A stretch of 64,000 bases of DNA from the NCBI RefSeq assembly GCF_009914755.1, contig NC_060933.1; one strand, 5' to 3'. The stretch's first letter is position 1. The number at the start of each line of letters is the position of its first letter. The position numbers and the translations under genes were made by a program. This DNA is from the human T2T-CHM13v2.0 reference genome, Homo sapiens. Shown here piece after piece: positions 57,001-64,000 of the stretch. Under the pieces are notes generated by a model. It did not search any database. It had not been told where the DNA came from and worked only from the letters and a program-made list of their open reading frames with translations.

Positions 57001-60000
57001 AATAGTACAGAATAGAATGGAACGGAATGAAATGGAATGGAATGGAATGGAATGGAATGGAATGGAATGGAATGGAACGGAATGCAATGGAATGGAATGG
57101 AATGGAATGGAATGGAATGAACCCGTGTGCAATGGAATGGAATGGAATGGAATGGGTTCAACACTAATTGAATGCAAAGGAATGGAATCAACACGAGTGG
57201 AATGGCATGGAATGGAATGGAATGGAATGGAATGGAATGGAATGGAGTGAAATGGAATGGAATGGAATGAAATGGAATGGAATGGAATGGAATGGAATCA
57301 ACCTGAGTGCAGTGTAATGGAATCGAATGGAATGGAATGGAATGGAATGGATTCAACACGAATGGAATGGAAAGGAATGGAATAAACCCGCGTGGAATGG
57401 CATGGAATGGAGTGGAATGGAATGGAATGGAATGGAATGGAATCAACCCGAGTGCAATGTAATGGAATCGAATGGAATGGAATGGAATGGAATGGATTCA
57501 ACCCGAATGGAATGGAAAGGAATGGAATAAACCCGAGTGGAATGGCATGGAGTGGAGTGGAATGGAATGGAATGGAATGGAATGGAATCGTACGGAATAG
57601 AATGGAATGGAACGAAATGGAATGGAATGGAATGGAATGGAATGGAATGGAATGAACCCGTGTGCAATGGAATGGAATCGAATGGAATGGAATGGATTGG
57701 AATGGATTCAACTCGAATGGAATGGAAAGGAATGGAATCAACCCGAGTGGAATGGCATGGCATGGAATGGAATGGAATGGAATGGAATGGAATGGAATGG
57801 AATGGAATGGTACGGAATAGAATGGAAAGGAACGAAATGGAATGGAATGAAATGGAATGGAATGGAATGGAACGGAATGGAATGGAATGGAATGGAACGG
57901 AATCAACCCGAGTGCAGGGGAATGGAATGGAATTGAAGGCAATGGAATGGAATCATCCGGAATTGAATGGAATGGAATGGAATCAACTCGATTGCAAAGG
58001 AATGGAATGGAATGGAATGGAATGGAATGGAATGGAATGGAATGGAATGGAATGGAATTAACCCGAATAGAATGGAATGTAATGGAATGGAAGTAAATGG
58101 AATGGAAGGTAATGAACCCGAGTGCAGGGGAATGGAATGGAATGGAATGCAATGGAATGGAGTCATCCGGAATGGAAAGGAAAGGAATGGAATGGAACCA
58201 ACCCGTGTGCAATGGAATTGAAAGGAATGGAATGGAATGGAATGGAATGGAATGGATTGGAATGGAATGGAATGGAATGGAATGGATTCAACCCGAATGG
58301 AATGGAAAGGAAGGGAATCAACCCAAGTGGAATGGCATGGAATGGAATGCATTGGAATGGAATGGAATGGAATGGTACCGAATGGAATAGAATGGAATGG
58401 TACCGAATAGAATGGAATGGAACGAAATGGAATGGAATGGAATGGAATGGAATGGAATGAACCCGTGTGCAATGGATTGGAATGGAATGGAATGGAATGG
58501 AATGGAATGGAATGGGTTCGACTCGAATGGAACGGAATGGAATGAAATCAAACCTAGTGGAATGGCATGGAATGGAATGGAATGGAATGGAATGGAATGG
58601 AATGGAAACAACACGAGTGCAATGTAATGGAATCGAATGGAATGGAATGCAATGGATTCAACCCGAATGGAATGGAAACGAATGGAATAAAACCGAGTGG
58701 AATGGCATGGAATGGAGTCTAATGGAATGGAATGGAATGGAATGTTATGGAATAGAATGGAATGGAACGAAATGGAATGGAATGGAACGGAATGAAATGA
58801 ACCCGTGTGCAATGGAATGGAATGGAATGGAATGGAATGGAATGGATTCAACTTGAATGGAATGGAAAGGAATGGAATCAACCCGAGTGGAATGGCATGG
58901 AATGGAATGGAATGGAATGGAATGGAATGGAATTAACCCGAATGGAATGGAATGGAATGGAATGGAATGGAATGGAATGGAAGGAAATGGAATGGAATGG
59001 AATGGAATGGAATGGAATGGAATGGAATGGAATGGAATGGTAGCGAATAGAATGGAATGGAACGAAATGGAATGGAATGGAATGGAATGGAATGGAATGG
59101 AATGGAATGGAATCAACCCGAGTGCAGGGGAATGGAATGGAATGGAAGGCAATGGAATGACATCATTCGGAATTGAATGGAATGGAATGGAATGGAATGG
59201 AATCAACTCGATTGAAATGGAATGGAATGGAATGGAATGGAATGGAATGGAATGGAATGGAAGTGAATGGAATGGAATGTAATGAAACCGAGTGCAGGGG
59301 AATGGAATGGAATGGAATGCAATGGAATGGAGTCATCCGGAATGGAACGGAATGGAATGGAATGGAATCAACCCGAGTGCAATGGAATGGAGAGGAATGG
59401 AATGGAATGTAATGGAATGGATTCAACCTGAATGGAATGGAAAGGAATGGAATCAACCCGAGAGGAATGGCATGGAATGGAATGGAATGGAATGTAATGG
59501 AATGGAATGGAGTGGAATGGTACAGAATAGAATGTAATGGAACGAAATGGAATGGAATGGAATGGAATGGAATGGAATGGAATCATTCCGAGTGGAATAG
59601 AAGGGAATGTTTTCGAGTGGAATGAAAAGGAATGGAATCAACCAGAGTGGAATGGAATGGAATCGAGTGGAATGGAATGCAATCGAATGGAATGGAAAGC
59701 AATAGAATGGAATCAACCCGAGTGGAATGGAATGGAAAGGACTGGAATGGAATGGAATGGAATGCAATGGAATGAAATCGATTGCAATGAAATGGAATGG
59801 AATGGAATGGAATGGAATGGAATGGAATTAACCGGAATAGAATGGAATTGAATGGAATGGAAAGGAATGGAATGGAATAGAATGGAATGGAATGGATTCA
59901 ACTCGAATGGAATGGAAAGGAATGGAATCAACCCGAGTGGAATGGCATGGAATGGAATGGAATGGAATGGAATGGAATGGAAACTACCCGAATGGAATGG

Positions 60001-61139
60001 AATGTATTGGAGTGTAAGGAAATTGAATAGAATCAATCCGAATGTAATGGAATTTAATGGAACGGAATGGAATGGAATGGAATGGAATGGAATGGAATGG
60101 AATGCAATGGAATGGAATCAACCCGAGTGCAATCGAATGGAATTGAATGGAATGGAATGCAATGGAATAGATTCAACTTGAATGGAATGGAAAGAATGGA
60201 ATCAACACGAGTGGAAGGGCATGGATTGGAATGCAATGGAATGGAATCAACCCGAGTACAGGGGAATGGAATGGAATGGAATGCAACGGAATGGAATCAT
60301 CCGTAATGGAATGGAAAGGAATGGAATGGAATGGAATGGAATGGAATCAACACGATTGCAATCGAATGGAAAGGAATGGAATTAACCCGAATAGAATGGA
60401 ATCGAATGGAATGGAATGAAATGGAATGGAATGGAATGGAATGGAATGGTATGGAATGGAATGCAATGGTACGGAATAGAATGGAATGGAACGAATTGTA
60501 ATGGAATGGAATTGAATGGAATGGAATGGAATGGAATGGAATCAACGCGAGTGCAGAGGAATGTAATGGAACGGAATGCAATGGAATGGAATCATCCGGA
60601 ATGGAATGGAATGGAATGGAATGGAATGGAATGGAATCAACCAGAGTGCAATGGAATGGAATGGAATGGAATGGAACAACCCGAATGGAATGGAATGTAA
60701 TGGAGAGTAAGGGAGTTGAATAGAATCAATCCGAATGTAATGGAATGAAATGCAACGGAATGGAATGGAATGGAATGGAATGGAATGGAATGGAATGCAA
60801 ATGAATGGAATGAACCCGAGTGGAATGGCATGGAATTGAATGCAATGGATTGGAATGGAATGGAATCAACTCGAGTGGAAAGGAATGGAATGGAATGGAA
60901 AGGAATGGAATGAAGTCAACTCTAGTGGAATGGAATGGAATGGAATGGATTGGAATGGATTGCAATGGAATGAAATGAAATGGAATGGAATGGAATCAAT
61001 CATGGAAGGGAATGTAATGGAGTGGAAAGAAGGGAATGGAATCAACACGAGTGGAATGCAAGGCAATGGAATGGAATGGAAAGGAATGGAATGGAATCAA
61101 CTCGATTGCAATGGAATGGAATGGAATGGAATGGAATGG

Positions 61140-64000
61140 AATGGAATCAACCCGAGTGCAATGGAATGGAGTGGAATGGAATGGAATGGAATGGAACAAC
61201 CCGAATGGAATGGAATGTAATGGAGAGTAAGGGAGTTCAATACAATCAATCCGAATGTAATGGAATGGAATGCAACGGAATGGAATGAAATGGAATGGAA
61301 TGCAATGGAATGGAATCAACCCGAGTACAATGGAATGGAATGGAATGGAATGGAATGGAATGGAATGGAATGATACGGAATAGAATGGAATGGAACGAAA
61401 TGGAATGGAATGGAATGGAATGGATTGGAATGGAATGGAATGGAATCGTTCCGAGTGGAATAGGAGGGAATGTACTCGAGTGGAATGGAAAGGAATGGAA
61501 TCAACCCGAGTGGAATGGAAGGGTATGGAATGGAATGGAAACTAATAGAATGGAATCAACCCAAGTGGAATGGAATGGAAAGGACTGGAATGGAATGGAA
61601 TGCAATGGAATTAACCCGAATACAATGGAATGGAATGGAATGGAACGGAATGGAGTGGAATGGAAGGGAATCAACCCGAGTGCAGGGGATTAGAATGGAA
61701 TGGAATGCAATGGAATGGAATCATCCGGAATGAAATGGAATGGAATTGAATGCAAAGCAATGGAATCAACTCGATTGCAATGGAATGGAATGGAATGGAA
61801 TGCAAAGGAATACATTGGAATCAACCCGACTGGAATGGAAGGGAAAGGACTGGAATGGAGTGGAATGGAATGGAATGGAATGGAATGGAATGGAATCAAC
61901 TCGATTGGAATGGAATGGAATAGAATGGAATGGAATGGAATCAACTCGATTGGAATGGAATGGAATGGAATGGAATGGAATCAACTCGATTGGAATGGAA
62001 TGGAATGGAATGGAATGGAATGGAATGGAATTAACCCGAATAGAATGGAATGGAATGGAATGGAACGGAACGGAATGGAATGGAATGGAATGGAATGGAA
62101 TGGAATGGAATGGAATGAACCCGACTGCAGGGGAATGGAATGGAATGGAATGCAATGGAATGGATTCAACCTGAATGGAATGGAAAGAATGGAATCAACA
62201 CGAGTGGAATGGCATGGATTGGAATGGAATGGAATGGAATGAACCCGAGTACAGGGGAATGGAATGGATTGGAATGCAATGGAATGGAATCATCCGTAAT
62301 GGAATGGAAAGGAATGGAATAGAATGGAATGGAATGGAATGGAATCAACTCGATTGCAATCGAATGGAATGGAATGGAATTAACCCGCATAGAATGGAAT
62401 GGAATGGAATGGAACTTAACGGAACGGAATGAAATGGAATGGAATGGAACGGAACGGAACGGAACGGAATGGAATGGAATGGAATGGAATGGAATGGAAT
62501 GGAATCAACGCGAGTGCAGGGAAATGGAATGGAATGGAATGCAATGGAATGGAATCTTCCGGAATGGAATGGAATGGAATGGAATGGAATGGAATGGAAT
62601 GAAATGCAATGGATTCAACTCGATTGCAATGGAATGGAATAGAATGGAATGGAATGGAATGGAATGGAATGGAATTAACCCAAATAGAATGGAATGGAAT
62701 GGAATGGAACGGAATGGAACGGAATGGAATGGAATGGAATGGTATGGAATGGATTGGAATGGTACGGAATAGAATGGAATGGAACGAATTGTAATGGAAT
62801 GGAATGGAATGGAATGGAATGGAATGGAATGGAATGGAATCAACGCCAGTGCAGGGGAATGTAATAGAACGGAATGCAATGGAATGGAATCATCCGGAAT
62901 GGAATGGAATGGAATGGAATGGAATGGAATGGAATGGAATCAACCCGAGTGCAATGGAATGGAGTGGAATGGAATGGAATGGAATGGAACAACCCGAATG
63001 GAATGGAATGTAATGGAGAGTAAGGGAGTTGAATAGAATGAATCCGAATGTAATGGAATGGAATGCAACGGAATGGAATGAAATGGAATAGAATGGAATG
63101 CAATGGAATGGAATCAACCCGAGTACAATGGAATGGAATGGAATGGAATGGAATGGAATGGAATGGAATGAAATGGAATGATACGGAATAGAATGGAATG
63201 GAACGAAATGGAATGGAATGGAATGGAATGGAATGGAATCGTTCCGAGTGGAATAGGAGGGAATGTATTCCAGTGGAATGGAAAGGAATGGAATCAACCA
63301 GAGTGGAATGGAAGGAAATGAAATGGAATGGAAACTAATAGAATGGAATCAAACCGAGTGGAATGGAATGGAAAGGAGTGGAATGGAATGGAATGGAATG
63401 GAATCAACTCGATTGTAATGGAATGGAATGGATTGGAATGGAATGGAGTGGAAAGGAATGGAATCAACCCGAGTGCAGGGGAATGGAATGGAATGGAATG
63501 CAATGGAATGGAATCATCCGGAATGGAATGGAATGGAATGGAATGCAAAGCAATGGACTCAACTCGATTGCAATGGAATGGAATGGAATAGAAAGGAATA
63601 CATTGGAATCAACCCGACTGGAATGGAATGGAAAGGACTGGAATGGAGTGGAATGGAATGGAATGGAATGGAATCAACTCGATTGGAATGGAATGGAATG
63701 GAATGGAATGGAATTAACCCGAATAGAATGGAATGGAATGGAATGGAACGGAACGGAATGGAATGGAATGGAATGCAATGGAATGGAATCATCCGGAATG
63801 TAACGGAATGGAATGGAATCAACTCCATTGCAATGGAATGGAATGGAATGGAATGGAATGGAATCAACTCGATTGGAATGGAATGGAATGGAATGGAATG
63901 GAATTAACCCGAATAGAATGGAATGGAATGGAATGGAAAGGAATGGAATGGAATGGAATGGAATGGAATGGAATCAACCCGACTGCAGGGGAATGGAATG
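61140..64000 (-). repeat. ~1.79 kb higher-order tandem unit (about 1.6 copies visible)
   Basis: ggagagtaag 61222/63015, actaatag 61541/63334, tacattgg 61811/63599. The variant aacccgactgg is shared by both copies. Confidence 0.7.
62551..62565. promoter_or_regulatory. Perfect 3-unit heat-shock element in the inverted arm
   Basis: gGAAtcTTCcgGAAt, the reverse complement of the left-arm HSE word. Confidence 0.5.

Larger units (their letters stand above)
38250..59960. repeat. Inner HSat3 sub-domain (dialect B) spanning the inversion
   Basis: Different word set: ccatgccattccactcgggtttatt, ttgcacacgggttcatt, attgattgtattcaattccc, tttgggttgaatcc, gcactaggtttgatt, and their reverse complements right of 45182. 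The words ccggaagatt and ttacggatgatt are not seen. Boundaries are approximate. Confidence 0.75.
45181..64000 (-). repeat. Human Satellite 3 array in inverted orientation, G-rich (GGAAT)n on + strand
   Basis: From ~45190 the + strand reads tggaa repeats with caacccgagt, the reverse complement of the same decamer. This continues to the window end. Confidence 0.97.
59960..64000 (-). repeat. Outer HSat3 sub-domain (dialect A) in inverted orientation
   Basis: Reverse complements of dialect-A words return: attcaacttgaatggaatggaaagaatgg (~60171), atcatccgtaatgg (~60296, ~62289), ggaatcttccggaat (62551) and gaacaacccg (~60674, ~61194, ~62987). Confidence 0.8.

Noticed and set aside
106-63907. Hundreds of ORFs encoding MEWNG or IPFHS repeats, up to 477 aa (54309..55742, 51292..52665, 33664..34836)
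   Set aside because: (GGAAT)n and (ATTCC)n contain no stop codon in any frame and supply ATG/TTG starts constantly. The ORFs overlap in all frames and show no domain-like content.
45181-64000. GGAA-rich tract as an EWS-FLI1 type microsatellite enhancer
   Set aside because: That element needs consecutive GGAA tetramers; here the unit is the GGAAT pentamer.
1-64000. HSat2, DYZ1 or alpha satellite identity
   Set aside because: The window lacks the dense CATTCGATTC/GATGATTCC pattern that dominates HSat2, shows no regular homogeneous 3.6 kb tandem unit, and has no 171-bp monomer or CENP-B box.

Overview
The whole 64 kb window is human-type Satellite 3 (HSat3/SatIII): (CATTC)n/(GGAAT)n pentamers punctuated by the classic A(C/T)TCGGGTTG decamer. 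It is most consistent with the chr9q12-type SatIII family, but that locus assignment is inference. There are no credible protein-coding genes; all listed ORFs are stop-free read-outs of the pentamer. The array has clear internal structure. (1) A sharp strand inversion lies at 45181-45182, with a 2-bp CC microhomology. (2) A patchy but collinear inverted repeat surrounds it (left ~38.4-44.8 kb versus right ~46.4-51.0 kb, sharing private variants). (3) Two sequence dialects are arranged mirror-wise, A-B|B-A; the inner dialect lacks two recurrent 1-bp deletions and looks ancestral. (4) About 25 perfect three-unit heat-shock elements (TTCcgGAAgaTTC), one substitution away from a common satellite word, are confined to the outer dialect. 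(5) Nested duplications occur at ~0.84, ~1.8-1.9, ~3.6, ~4.9, ~6.6 kb and larger offsets. All alignments and counts were done by eye and need computational confirmation.
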